DNA of 63,911 nt, the filler included, from Blastocystis sp. subtype 4 (lineage: Eukaryota), in the NCBI RefSeq assembly GCF_000743755.1. It is 13 parts of 13 records of this genome, joined end to end, with 100 filler letters (N's around TTAATTAATTAA, not from the genome) between each part and the next. Parts side by side here need not be neighbours in the genome. Positions count along the whole stretch, not along the records: positions 9,785 to 14,512 come from NW_014569055.1; positions 14,613 to 19,330 come from NW_014569054.1; positions 19,431 to 24,161 come from NW_014569053.1; 10 more parts are not named here. One strand, 5' to 3'. Of this stretch, positions 11,534 to 23,166 are shown piece by piece. Every line of letters begins with the position of its first letter. The stretch's first letter is position 1. A program made the translations under genes and the position numbers. The notes below the pieces were generated by a model, which ran no database searches, was not told where the DNA came from, and saw only the letters and a program-made list of their open reading frames with translations.

Positions 11534-12720
11534 CTAGTTCACATTAGGAACACTCAGTCCAGGAAGACAAATGTTACGAAGAAGATTTGAAGTAGTCTCA
11601 CTGAAAGGGAAAGAATGACCACACTTTTCATGAAGAACAATACTAAGTTCTCTCACACAAGAAGCAGAATAGCTCTCAGAAGGAGTTCTCAAAGCCTTAT
11701 CAGCAGCCTTCTCATTCATCAAAGCATATTCAAAGGCAAGCTTCTCATATTCAGCAAGAGCAGCAGCAGAGTCAGACTTATCAGCACGAATAGTTCTCCA
11801 TTTAGCAAGATGAAGAGGAACTTGATCAAGAGATACAGTGGAAGCAGAGGAAGCCTTCTTCAAAGAACGGAAAGAAGGAGCAGGAAATTCTCCAAAGAAA
11901 TCAGAAAGAGGAAGATCTCTGAAGGACATTATTTCCAAACTCACTCACATTCTGATCAGAAGTCTCAGCAACCTCCTTCATAACAGCATCTACAAGTTCA
12001 CCAATCACATCCTTGGATTTCTCTTCCGCATACACCATGAAGGCTTCATTCCAAAGAGAGGAAATACAAGTTCCCAGGGTCCAATAATCTCATCATTCGG
12101 AGGGCAGTTGATCATCCAACCATAGGGTTTATCATCATTAGCTGTCATTATGTTAATATCCCAGTCCTTAGGGAGATTCTTGGACTCCGAATAACAAGTT
12201 TCCATGAACCAAACCCACTTTCCATATAGTTTCTTCTTATGAACAGTTTTCAAGGAATCAAGCAATTGTTCTTCAGTGACATAATCCTCACCAACAACAA
12301 TGATACTTTTTGTACCATGATCAATGAAACAGGTGATACAGGGTCATTAGGGCCAGCAGCCAGAACCTTAGGATTCTCCTTTCCAGTATTAGCCTTCACA
12401 GTTTCAGTATCTCCAGAGAGAATAGCAAGAAATACTCTAAGATTGATATCCTTATCCGTGTAATCAATATGATCAAACCACCATACTTAGCCCAATCGCT
12501 ATCTTTATTATCTGCAGGATTTGTGAAAACTATCCCCTTGAAGGGATTCACATCTTTGTACACATCACTGTAATAGGTCAGATAGGTGATATTCTCAGGC
12601 TTGATTCCAGCTTTGATCATATCATCATAGAGACGACAAGTAAGCTAGAAATGAAATACGATTAGCAAAGAATACACTTTTAACCTAATAGTTCGTCCAC
12701 TCTTCTGTGTTCAAGTATCA
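11534..12720 (-). pseudogene. Legumain-like (peptidase C13) pseudogene
   Basis: GIKPENI...NPFKG, FMETCYS; frameshifts; NVN-TAG where the paralog at 55192 has NVN-TGG(W)NEICM. Confidence 0.75.
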
Positions 12721-12727
12721 TCCCATA

Positions 12728-13235
12728 AGTAATAGGTAATTGACATATGTTACGTACAAATCGTCACCAACATGGGCCTTCAACTCTGAGTAACCAAAAA
12801 GGGAAATGATAAGAAAATGGATAACTCACTTTACCATTTCCAGACAAACTGCTAGGATAAGAACAAAGTGAATGTGTTCATCATTCCATTCAATAAGAAG
12901 CATTAATCATTCAAGGCAAACCACAAAATGGATTATTCACTTCGGAGAATCCGTATCGATTTAATAATCTATTCATTACAATCATCATAGTACTATTCAC
13001 TCACTTCAAATGCTCTCTTTACCAACATCAATCAATCCAATATTCTCTTCAATACCAAGTGTGAATCTATATTATGTTTGATAAACGAAACAATACTCTA
13101 TCCACATCGTTGCTATGCTCAATCAAATGCAATACATATTATTCTCAACATCCAATGTTGACTCCATTTATGGTTGTATTCGCATTGATTCCAATTGTTC
13201 AGTTGCTTTCTCTCAAGCACCTGATACCATCGATA
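12728..13235 (+). mobile_element. Degraded Polinton-like terminus plus penton 5' fragment
   Basis: AGTAATAGG...TTGAC...GTTACGTA...GGGCCTTCAACTCTGAG, then sequence colinear with 920-1255. Confidence 0.75.
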
Positions 13236-13439
13236 AGGCCTGATGTCAGCTAGTATAAGACCTCATTACCATCTATCACTGAATGTGGATTATCTTGGAA
13301 TAACCAGTTGTTGATAAGGAGTCATTCTCTTCACACAATCTGGATATGAAGGTACCTTGATGTCAATGCAAGGATTGAATAGTGGAATAGAAATGACTTT
13401 TGGATTCAACTATTCATATGAAAGGATGACTAGACAACA

Positions 13440-13680
13440 CCATCAATGAGTTTCTGAGATGATTTGTTTCTTCGATTCTTGATGGTTATGGAGGATAATC
13501 AACGATGCTATGGATGAAGTGAGAGAAGTGTTAACAGAGTTGATGGTTATCATTTGTGAATGATGTGATTTGTAGCAGAGTTATGAAAGATTAGAAGATG
13601 CCTTGTCTAGTTTCATTGATTTGAGTCTTGAACGAGGAAGCAAAGACAACATGAGTGTATTGGTTATACTGTTGAATCAA
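13440..13680 (+). pseudogene. PP2C phosphatase C-terminal relic
   Basis: DGLWR and GSKDNMSVLVILL motifs with stops and frameshifts. Confidence 0.5.
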
Positions 13681-14612
13681 ACTCCTTTGTAAGAAATGGA
13701 ATTCAAGATGAGAACTAGGATTGATTCTGTGAAAATGGAAGCCCGATAAGAAAAGGATCGATTGAAGAGAGAGGCAAAGGAACAAAGCGAGGAGAATTGA
13801 AGAAGAACAGAGAATTGATAATGATAAGGAGATTTCTCTTGTTTGTTGATACATCATTTGAATCTGAGAATCAGGTTACAACTCATGACTTGGAACAAAC
13901 AGACTATCGAATGGACTAGACATAAGAACTTCGGCTTCGAATAAACAATTCAAGAGCAACAGCATCTACATCTTATCTTCAACTGTTAATCAGACTCGTT
14001 GCATTCAATTCATAAACATTCTCAAATGGCTTTAATGAGGAAGTAGTTATGGTAACGATATCAACTGAAGTGAGAACTGGTATATCTACTCTCAACTCAA
14101 TTCATTACTCATACTCTCCAAAACAACAGATCCAATGAATGAGAAACAAACGGGAGCTACATACATTGACACAAGATGATACAAGATGATTCAGATCTAA
14201 TCATCATTCTTGCTTCTATTCATCACTCTTCATTGTTAGAGTGTTTCGATAATTGAAAGGAGCTGTGCTATTCGATTTCGATCATCTCCCAAATCTCCTT
14301 GAAATGCTCCTTCAAACAGATATATGGATTGAAAACATGTCAGATCTGATTATTACTCCTTCATTCAATCATTACTCTCAAATTGAACTGAATGACAATG
14401 ACAGAATGAATAGCTTCCAATAGATATGGATTCAAGTGAAGGTAAGTCTTTCAATCATTTGTCACACTCATTCTCACCAATCAAATCAACATCATAAGCA
14501 TAATAGAAGTTANNNNNNNNNNNNNNNNNNNNNNNNNNNNNNNNNNNNNNNNNNNNTTAATTAATTAANNNNNNNNNNNNNNNNNNNNNNNNNNNNNNNN
14601 NNNNNNNNNNNN

Positions 14613-15695
14613 ATATTAGAATAAGTGACTGGTCATTTGGTGATTGAACAGAGTGGTGAACGAACAGATTTTGATTTTCAATGAAGAGTACTTAGTTGTA
14701 TTTCCGATTTCACAAATAGAAATCATCCTATCTCTTCTCTTTCTCTCCCTCTGTCTTTCAGAACAACAATTCTTCCAATCAACACAATTACCAGAGAGGA
14801 ATCGTGAGATACCAAAGACAATTGTATTAGTGAAGAAGAAGCGTTGAGTATTAGAAAGAACAAGAACAGCGATTGTATGTATTAGAAGAGGTCCTTGTAG
14901 TGAATATTGAATGGATGATAAGAATAGAAAGCAAAAGAGAAGTTGTTAGTAGAACAAGTGTTAGAACAGAATCATTTGAAAGAGAGTCTGAATACAAAGA
15001 TTTCTGAACTACAGAAAGAATTGAAGAAAGAAGAGAGTAGCTTGAGTTCTTTGAAAGCAGTAGTTTGATGTGTTTGATATTGAATATAGGAGTTGAAGGG
15101 ATATGAAAATGAATGGAATAGGCTGAAGGATGAGAAGCGAGTCTTGGGTCAGTCAGTGAAAGAAGTGAATTCTTCAGTGAATTGGAATGAGTTTGCAGAA
15201 GAGGAATATAATCGAATTTGTGATAAAGTGAGATATTGGTTGAAGGTTGTTGAAGTGAGAGTGAAGGAAGTGGATAGAGAAAGGAAGCGTATTCTCCAAT
15301 CAGTACGAAGTGATCCAGACATGAGAAAGATCCTGGGATTCTTGGAGAGTGTGTGGAGTAGTATTGGTTGGTTGAAGAGCTGGTTGTCAGAGTATGTTTG
15401 GAAGAATGTGAAACCGATTATGAGACCGTTGAATGGAGTGTGGTTGAAAGTGAAGGAGGTGATATGGAGGTGTGTATCGTGGGTGATAACAAATGGGATA
15501 ATCTTTGTGGATAGTACATGGTTCGTATTGTGTGAGAATCCTGCTGTAAGATCGAATGATGAGACTGAAGACTAGACACGCGATCATGCTTCTTTGTGGT
15601 TCTGGATGATCATGGGAATCTGGATATGGTTTATTGTAATTAGGATTCGTTGGTGTTATGGTCTTTTGAAGAGTCTTATGAACTGGGTGAAATGA
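14613..15695 (+). CDS. Coiled-coil protein with hydrophobic C-terminus, partial, spliced
   Basis: ORF 15093..15575 plus short introns; TGA overlapping the predicted cleavage site before TGTTTGTT at 15698. Confidence 0.5.
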
Positions 15696-15979
15696 ACTGT
15701 TTGTTGACTCAAATGAACCATTCTTTGTATACATAAATTCATCAAGAGTATTAAAAGAAACAAAACACGTCAACACACGCCAAAGAGATAACAATCACAT
15801 TCACAATACTCTTCAAAAATGGTTGTCACGTATTCACGATTTAGATGACTCCTCAAGCTATCGAAAACAACAATAATAACTGATTCCAGTTTGTTATTGA
15901 ATCTGACCCAAAATTGGAATTCCAGTATCTGACAACACGTTACTTCATCTTGGTTTCGTTCCAATTCTTCATAACTGTT

Positions 15980-18032
15980 ATGTATCCATATCAGAATCCA
16001 TCACTTCCAGTATGTTATTCTTTCCGCATCTCATTATGTAGCCATCTGGTCCGGCTTATGGGTATCCTCGTCCACAGCAACAATTCGGAGGTCCCTATCC
16101 ACAGGTATGTGCGTGGTTCGGTTTATTTCGATCCGGTAGTTACTAACATTTCTGTAGGCACCTGGATATCAGAATCCGCCCTATGGATACCAACCTACCA
16201 GTTATTCTTCTCCATATGGTGTGACTGGTCAGGTCAATTATTCCACCTCAACACCAACATACGTGACTGGTCCTGTACCTCCACCCAGAGGTGTTATTAA
16301 CGGTGCCTATGGTGCTCCTCAACCAAGATCGTATTATGGGGGATCAGGTCCTTCTGTACCTACTTCTATGAATTTCCAGTCTCAGAATATGAATCCTGCT
16401 GGAAGAAACCCTACTATGGGTTCCACTATACCAATGAGTCAGACTCAGCCTTTCATGACTCAGCCTTCCGTAACTCAGCCTTCTATGAATCAACCATTAA
16501 TGAATCAAGCTACTATGCCTCAACCGGCAACAAATCAGCAAATGGGTATGAATCCCGCGGGATTCATGCCTGGAGGTGCAAATCCTCTCCCCCCACCTGT
16601 TTCTTCCTATGATCCTAACCGTTATTTTGATCAGCATCCAACAGTAGGTCGCTCTTCGACTCCAACACCAGTCCAGAAGGGAAGTATTGCCCAGCAGCGA
16701 TTGGTATCAACAAACCAGAATCCCTCAATTACCCAGGATCCTTCAACTATCCAGAATCCTCCAACTATTCAGTCAAAGCCTGGTTCTACCAAAGTGAAAA
16801 AGGAAAAGAAGGAGTTTTATGATGTTGAGGTCGAGAAAGGGAGTAGATGATAATGATCAAGGTGATTGATAGATATCAAACGACTGAACGAACATGAAAG
16901 TATGGGAAAGTTGATTGAAGTAGCGTCTTCTGATTATTATCATAATGGAGGCTGGGTTATGGTAACAACACATCGACTGATTCTATTAACAGAAGATCAA
17001 AGTGGAGGTGTGTATTGGCCTCTTAAAACTACTTCCTTTGTTCAATTGGATTCGAATTTCTTCAAAGGATCAACATTTGTCTTCCAGTCAACAGTGGCCA
17101 ATGCTTCTAAGAGAAGTCTACGAATCAAAGATTCAAAAGAAGCTGAAGTCCTCCAGAGTTTATTCCTCACAAATCAGGAATTCCATGAATATGATACAGT
17201 GTATATTGTCAATCGAAATAACATTCTTGCCGTGTTTAGAGAGGAATGTACTACAGTCACTCGTTTTGCAGATGCTCTCTCCATTTGTAGTCATAATGCT
17301 AATGCTCTATTTATTTGGCTAGTGTCTGTTGTATGAATGAATGATTCTTTTCGAGTATAGAATAGTGTTCTTCCTTTAGTCAAACAGCAGTTACGTGCTG
17401 CTGCAAATGAATGGTCGAAATCTACAATTGGATCTGTGTCACTTGATGACTGTGAAATGTTAGATGTAATCAAACAAGGAAGTAGTGAAGAACAATATTA
17501 TTTAGAATTGGCTAAACAAATTGCACAATTCTTTTCAAAGAGTTCATTAATGAAGACATATTGTGGAGCCATTCCACTTCTTGACGCTTATTATTACTAT
17601 GGCAAGGTTACTGCTACTAATCTGAAATCTCCTAATGAATTTGTTAAAGCTTGCTCATTATTGACAGAAGACAAGGTGAAAGAGAATTCAGTTTATGTTC
17701 ATGTGATTGATGGAAAACAAGTTCTTTGTACTGGTAATGAATGTGAGATGAGAATGATGAGTAGAAGCTGCTTCATTTGAAAAGGTGGAAGAATCGATTT
17801 TGACCGCAATCGATCGAAATGGAGGATTTATTGCAAGAAATGCTCTTATTCGTCAGTTGGCGATGCCTGTTGGTGTCTGTGATAATATGATTCAGGTTAG
17901 TTTGAATCAATAGATGCTGATGTGTAGAAGGTTGAGAAGAGTGGTAAAATCGTACGAGATAATGACAGCAGAGATGTCTTCTTCTATCTCAACTCATTTG
18001 CTCGTGTATCCACGAAAGTGATCCCAGCTTGA
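15980..18032 (+). CDS. VPS36: ESCRT-II subunit Vps36 with long Pro/Gln/Tyr-rich N-terminus (spliced)
   Basis: GLUE-like GWVMVTTHRLILL; EAP30 motifs YYLELAKQIAQF, GAIPLLDAY, KSPNEFVKAC; C-terminal RDND...FFYLNSF. Confidence 0.75.
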
Positions 18033-18050
18033 GTTAGTAACAAACATTGC

Positions 18051-18822
18051 AATTCTCTTTCTTTGTTATGTCAATTTCAGGTTCAGTAAGAACAAAATGA
18101 CTCAATACGGCAAGAGAAGCCCCGATAAACATTCCAATAAACAGCATAAGCAAGCAAATCGTAATTGGTGAATTGTTTAGATATGTCGAAATGAAGGCAT
18201 CCAATCTCTACACATGTTATCAACTAGACTAGAAATCACTTTTGTAATTAACTGCAGTTTTGAAGGAACCATCTTGATTGGATGTGCTTCTACAAATTTG
18301 TGTCTAAAAATGAAAGCAATAAACAGTCCTAACGTCTCTAAAACAAATTCTGTAAATGCCTTGACATGACGAGGTCCATCATATGTCATATACTTGTTCT
18401 ACAATGAAAACAAATTGCATGTAGTACTCCAGAAATTAAGATGAATGTTGGATACGTCCCAATATTAAATTGCTTGGTAATCTTGGGATTCTTATTTCCA
18501 TCAATCTGCAGATCATTCAATGGCATTGCACCTACTGTTGCTACGCTATATCGATCACCCATTGCATGGTCAAATTCTAGCAAATCCTTCTTTAATTTCC
18601 TGCATTGTGAGCACCACTACAATGAAGAGAAGGAAATAAACTCACAGGCGAATCGAACATAACAAACCATTTGGTTTTGCTACCAGCCAAAAGGACTTTG
18701 TCAAAGAAATCATCATCCGTTAGTTCAACAATATCTATAGTTTAGAAAACAATCCAATTTCCAGTACCTGCTGATCCAACTGCAAGAATAAGAAATAGTA
18801 CATAAACAAATCTACGAATCAT
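18051..18822 (-). CDS. TMX-type thioredoxin-domain ER membrane protein (spliced)
   Basis: Signal peptide, WCSQC, FNIGTYPTF, YDGPR, C-terminal TM, ends KKEN if the stop is completed by poly(A). Confidence 0.75.
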
Positions 18823-18990
18823 CTCTCACTACTCAAAGGGACAATCTCATCATCGCTTTCTATAATCAGAAATGACAAAAGAAGTACCGATTCAGATCCC
18901 TCTTTCCCCGTGTAATTGTCATATTCACAATAACAACTTAAATCCATTGTCTTCTGCAACAAACAAAATACAATTCATATTGTGGGCATA

Positions 18991-19330
18991 TTACGCCTCA
19001 ATTTGACTCGTTCCAAAGAGAATCTTGAGTTTCTTTCCAATGTTAATTGGAGAGGGTGTTGTAACCATCTGATAAGGCTGGAAAGAATACGAAAACAAAG
19101 CGTTTCGAACTCCTACCTTGTTACCAACTGTTACCATTTTACTCAACATCATTCCCTTCTTCACTTCCCGTTTTCGAGAGTTTCTGTATACAAAACTGAC
19201 CATAGCATCATAGTACACATTACTAACAATTGCCACTTCATGAGCTGTAAACTTGATGGCTCTGAAGGCGACTTCTTCGGCTGATCCTAATGGGAAGAGT
19301 TTCGCTCGGAACCAGCAAGACCCATAATTG
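18991..19330 (-). CDS. Hypothetical protein, 3' part
   Basis: Open frame from the contig edge; TGTTTGTT downstream. Confidence 0.35.
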
Positions 19331-19430
19331 NNNNNNNNNNNNNNNNNNNNNNNNNNNNNNNNNNNNNNNNNNNNTTAATTAATTAANNNNNNNNNNNNNN
19401 NNNNNNNNNNNNNNNNNNNNNNNNNNNNNN

Positions 19431-20014
19431 TTCAAATCTGAATCAATTCCAAGAAATGATATCAGTTATACAGATAGTAATGGAAATACAACAATAATCA
19501 ATACAAGTGGTGGAATGAGTGGATTGATGACTCAAGACAGATACATTCAATTCATGAATGAAAGTTTTGCTTCAAACAACATTCCTATTGAATGGAAGAA
19601 AGGAGCAACTGGATATGAGATTAATTCTGATGAAGTATTCACACTCACATGTAATACACTTGATTCATCTTTCATTGGTCCTTCTAATCCAGTAAGTGGA
19701 TCAATATCACATAAATGGTATCTTCCTTATAATGATGAAGTTGGATAATACAGGTGCATTATATAGTGATAATCCTGTAGATATCACAAATGGTCTATCA
19801 AATATCAAATTGTATTGTAATGTAGTAAAGAGTAAAACAAAGCCATTGTTATCGAATATNNNNNNNNNNNNNNTACTATTATAAGAATCGTATTGAGATT
19901 CCTTGTTCTGATCAATTGGATCGTCTTGAATATGAATTTCGAAATGAAAAGGATGAACCATTATCATTCCTTGGTAACATCTATCTGTTGTTAACATTCA
20001 TGATTAAGAATTAA
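19431..20014 (+). CDS. Penton/minor capsid-like protein A (5'-partial, one frameshift near 19745, N gap at 19860)
   Basis: PVDITNGLSNIKLYCNVV and IEIPCSDQLDRLEYEFRNEKDEPLSFLGNIYLLLTF. Confidence 0.65.
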
Positions 20015-20026
20015 TGGTATTAGTAA

Positions 20027-20371
20027 ATGAACATAACATTCTCTCTAACATCATCCTATGAATACGAATTCAGTAGTAACAATCTGGTGAATAATGAAAT
20101 GATGATTGAACATATATCATTATGTTGTGAATCAGATGAATTGATAGGATCATGTATTGTATTGGATACAATCAATAATATGCAAGAACGTAAACAATCT
20201 CCATTGATTGTTATTAATGATGTGTATCAATCAGACAAAGTGAATATAATGGTTCCAAAGACATCAAAATGGAGATTCTTTGTGACAGACAAAGAAGGGA
20301 ATAGAATCAAATTGAATAGACGAGTAACAATGAATTTGTGTTGTTCCGTTTTTGATTGTAGAGATAAATGA
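20027..20371 (+). CDS. Short penton-like protein B
   Basis: C-terminal VNIMVP...RFFVTDKEGNRIKL...VTMNL parallels penton C-terminal strands. Confidence 0.5.
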   Translation: MNITFSLTSSYEYEFSSNNLVNNEMMIEHISLCCESDELIGSCIVLDTINNMQERKQSPLIVINDVYQSDKVNIMVPKTSKWRFFVTDKEGNRIKLNRRVTMNLCCSVFDCRDK

Positions 20372-21051
20372 AGCCTGTAAGTATAATCAATCATAACACG
20401 ATTATTCCAAAGAACAATAGTCGATATCGAGAATCATTCAATACAGTAATTCTACCAAAGGATAACATATACAAGATTACTTCAATAACATGTAAGATTG
20501 ATACAACAAGTCTATGGAACATTCGTAAGACAAACATTGTGCGTATGGTGAATAACAAGGGACAGAATATGACATATCATATTGTAGGAGGATATTACAC
20601 AATTGATGAGTTATGTAACAGTGTAGCTAAAACAATTGATGTTAATGAAGATAATCTGGCTTATGTGACATCAAATTGTGAATGTGTGGATTTGAGTGAT
20701 GCACCAGATGTAGCAAAGATATTGAAGATGGAAGAAAGGTTGTATAACTATGATGGTAAAGTACATACAAGTGAACCATATGATATAACAAATGGACAAG
20801 GTGTAATTCGTATCTACAGTAGTATTATGAAACAAACATTTGGTATTAAGAGTTCATTAATTGATAATTTGATTCATGTATCAATTGGTCTGAACAATAT
20901 CATAACAATAGACAATTTGAATATTGATGTGATTGATCAATCCAATTTGGATAGTATTGAATGGTTGATAACGGATATGAATGATAATCCAATATCACTT
21001 AATTCCAATGTGTATGTATCGTTTACGATAAGTTGTTATCCAAAGAATTAA
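20368..21051 (+). CDS. Penton/minor capsid protein C (single jelly-roll)
   Basis: GGYYTIDEL, DITNG..VIRIYSSI, LDSIEWLITDMNDNPISL..VYVSFTI, the Polinton/virophage minor capsid pattern. Confidence 0.72.
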   Translation: MKPVSIINHNTIIPKNNSRYRESFNTVILPKDNIYKITSITCKIDTTSLWNIRKTNIVRMVNNKGQNMTYHIVGGYYTIDELCNSVAKTIDVNEDNLAYVTSNCECVDLSDAPDVAKILKMEERLYNYDGKVHTSEPYDITNGQGVIRIYSSIMKQTFGIKSSLIDNLIHVSIGLNNIITIDNLNIDVIDQSNLDSIEWLITDMNDNPISLNSNVYVSFTISCYPKN

Positions 21052-21098
21052 TCATTGTTATCCAAAGAATTAATCATCATTATTCTTTCTATTAGTAA

Positions 21099-21383
21099 AT
21101 GATTATCAAAGTATCAAATTGTGAATATGATAAGCTTGATAAACTCCAATTGAAGAGTAACTCATTCACTCTATACATTCAATGTTTCAAGAAGTTCAAT
21201 AGTAGTCGAGATATCTATGAATTCAAAACAAATACTTCAAAAGTGTATGTGAGTAGTAGTAATGTTGTGAAGATGATTCCTGATTATGAAAGTCTAAGTG
21301 AGACATCAAGTATAGAAGATATCATTCATGAGGCAATTGAAGATAATGTGAGTATTGTGAAACTTGTGTTTATAGGTTATTAA
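21099..21383 (+). CDS. Viral hypothetical protein
   Basis: Intact 94-aa ORF preceded by the shared TATTAGTAAATGA motif. Confidence 0.6.
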   Translation: MIIKVSNCEYDKLDKLQLKSNSFTLYIQCFKKFNSSRDIYEFKTNTSKVYVSSSNVVKMIPDYESLSETSSIEDIIHEAIEDNVSIVKLVFIGY

Positions 21384-21418
21384 CTAAATCTTTTGTTTTA
21401 CTTTGTGTTTAATAAGAA

Positions 21419-22756
21419 ATGGAATCTGGATATGTAACTGAAATAGACACAACATTAGTGTCAATCAAGAACAAATTGCGTAAAATGAATCATATTAACC
21501 CTTATACAAAGAAGAGATTAACAAGAAGAACAAGAAATAGTATGAATGAAGCTACAACAATCGAAAAGAGTGTGAAAGAACATATATCAAATGAGAATGA
21601 TGATTATAAGAATGAACAATATCATAAGATACTGAAAGATTTGAAGGAATATATCCAACCAATGCAAAGTATTGATGAACAACTACAAGATTTGAAACAA
21701 AACAAAGAAAGTCTGGGTATTATGAAGTTTGATTGGGATGTTGATTGTGAAGATACATTCATGAATCAATTCACATTGATAATTGCTCCTTCAAAATCAG
21801 GTAAATCGTATCTAATCAACCAACTTTGTTATGAAATTCCACATTCTTTTGATAAGATTTGTTTGTTCATGGGTAAAGTGAGCTATCAGAACAAATGTCC
21901 TCAAGTTTTGAAACATGTTGCTAATTTGGCAGGAATCAAAACACAATGGATAAACACAGATAAAGATATGAAACCAGAATTCAGTGATAATTATGGATTA
22001 TGTTATGAAGAATTGAATGATGATGGTTCAAGCAATTTCATATACAATGATACAACATATCCATCAATCTACATATTTGATGATTTGTATACAAAGACAC
22101 CAGATCATTGGGTTGTGAATTTCATGGATACAATGGCATGTATGTCTCGTCATCGCAAAACATCCTGTTTCATTGCATTTCAAGGATTCTCAAGACTTAG
22201 TAACAAGATTATTGACAATTCTACAAGAATCTTTCTATTCTATGATATTCTAGGTCGTGAAGATTTGTGGAAGAAGATGAAGATTCCTCCTCCAACAAAT
22301 CTAAATCAAGTATTGAAGGATATTGAACAAGGAACTCATACTCGTTGGTATTACTTGGATGATTCAAATTTGGAAGAATATCTGCCTTATGATATTGCAT
22401 CCAAACAACAAGCTGTTAACAAGATGAAGAGTAAACTACCAAAAGCGATAACGGATGAACGGAAACGCAAAGAAGTTGAAGCAAAACAAAAGGAACTACA
22501 AAAGTTGGAAGAAGAATTGGGTATTTCAAAGGAACATACCACTTCTGTTAATAAGCCAAGAACATACAATCTGATTGATATCAAGGATGCTAAAGAAGTG
22601 AAACCAAAAGATTACACAAAATCGATATCAACGAAAGAATTTGAGTTCATTAAGAAGGTTAAACATGAAGATGGAGTTGAGGATTGTTATAATCAACAAG
22701 CTGTTAAAGTCAAAGTGAAGAAAGGATTAGGATTAAGAAGCAAATACAACTTATAA
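21419..22756 (+). CDS. A32-like FtsK/HerA genome-packaging ATPase
   Basis: Walker A APSKSGKS; Walker B IYIFDD; SRH arginine motif; FIAFQ...L...IIDN. Confidence 0.88.
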   Translation: MESGYVTEIDTTLVSIKNKLRKMNHINPYTKKRLTRRTRNSMNEATTIEKSVKEHISNENDDYKNEQYHKILKDLKEYIQPMQSIDEQLQDLKQNKESLGIMKFDWDVDCEDTFMNQFTLIIAPSKSGKSYLINQLCYEIPHSFDKICLFMGKVSYQNKCPQVLKHVANLAGIKTQWINTDKDMKPEFSDNYGLCYEELNDDGSSNFIYNDTTYPSIYIFDDLYTKTPDHWVVNFMDTMACMSRHRKTSCFIAFQGFSRLSNKIIDNSTRIFLFYDILGREDLWKKMKIPPPTNLNQVLKDIEQGTHTRWYYLDDSNLEEYLPYDIASKQQAVNKMKSKLPKAITDERKRKEVEAKQKELQKLEEELGISKEHTTSVNKPRTYNLIDIKDAKEVKPKDYTKSISTKEFEFIKKVKHEDGVEDCYNQQAVKVKVKKGLGLRSKYNL

Positions 22757-23158
22757 GTTGTATTGAACTAATGGATCAATAGCATCATGTGTAAACAAAT
22801 GTAGTAATGCTAGATAACCACAATTGTTTGCAAAGATGGATTGATATTTCACTTTGTTTGTACGGAATATTCGATTTGTATCCGATAATGGAAACTTGTT
22901 CAATGTTCCAAATGAATCTTGATAATTCAATGTACCATCTCCTTCTCTAAAACAACTAACATAATGTCCATTGTTTGGATCATTCTCAAATGGTATGTAA
23001 ATGATACAATTTGATGGTTCTTTGTATTTGTTAGCCAGTTTCTTATATTGATCCAATTCTAGTACTTTGAAATCTGGAATTTGAAGTGTTTTAGCAAGTT
23101 TTGTTATTTGAGCAAATGTTAATGGATTTGTATCTTCATTTAGATATCCATAAGTCAT
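22751..23158 (-). CDS. Adenain-like (CE clan) capsid maturation cysteine protease
   Basis: GHYVS (His), YQDSFG (Asp), YQSIFANNCGY (Gln, Cys). Confidence 0.88.
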   Translation of the reverse strand: MTYGYLNEDTNPLTFAQITKLAKTLQIPDFKVLELDQYKKLANKYKEPSNCIIYIPFENDPNNGHYVSCFREGDGTLNYQDSFGTLNKFPLSDTNRIFRTNKVKYQSIFANNCGYLALLHLFTHDAIDPLVQYNL

Positions 23159-23166
23159 CAATTGTT

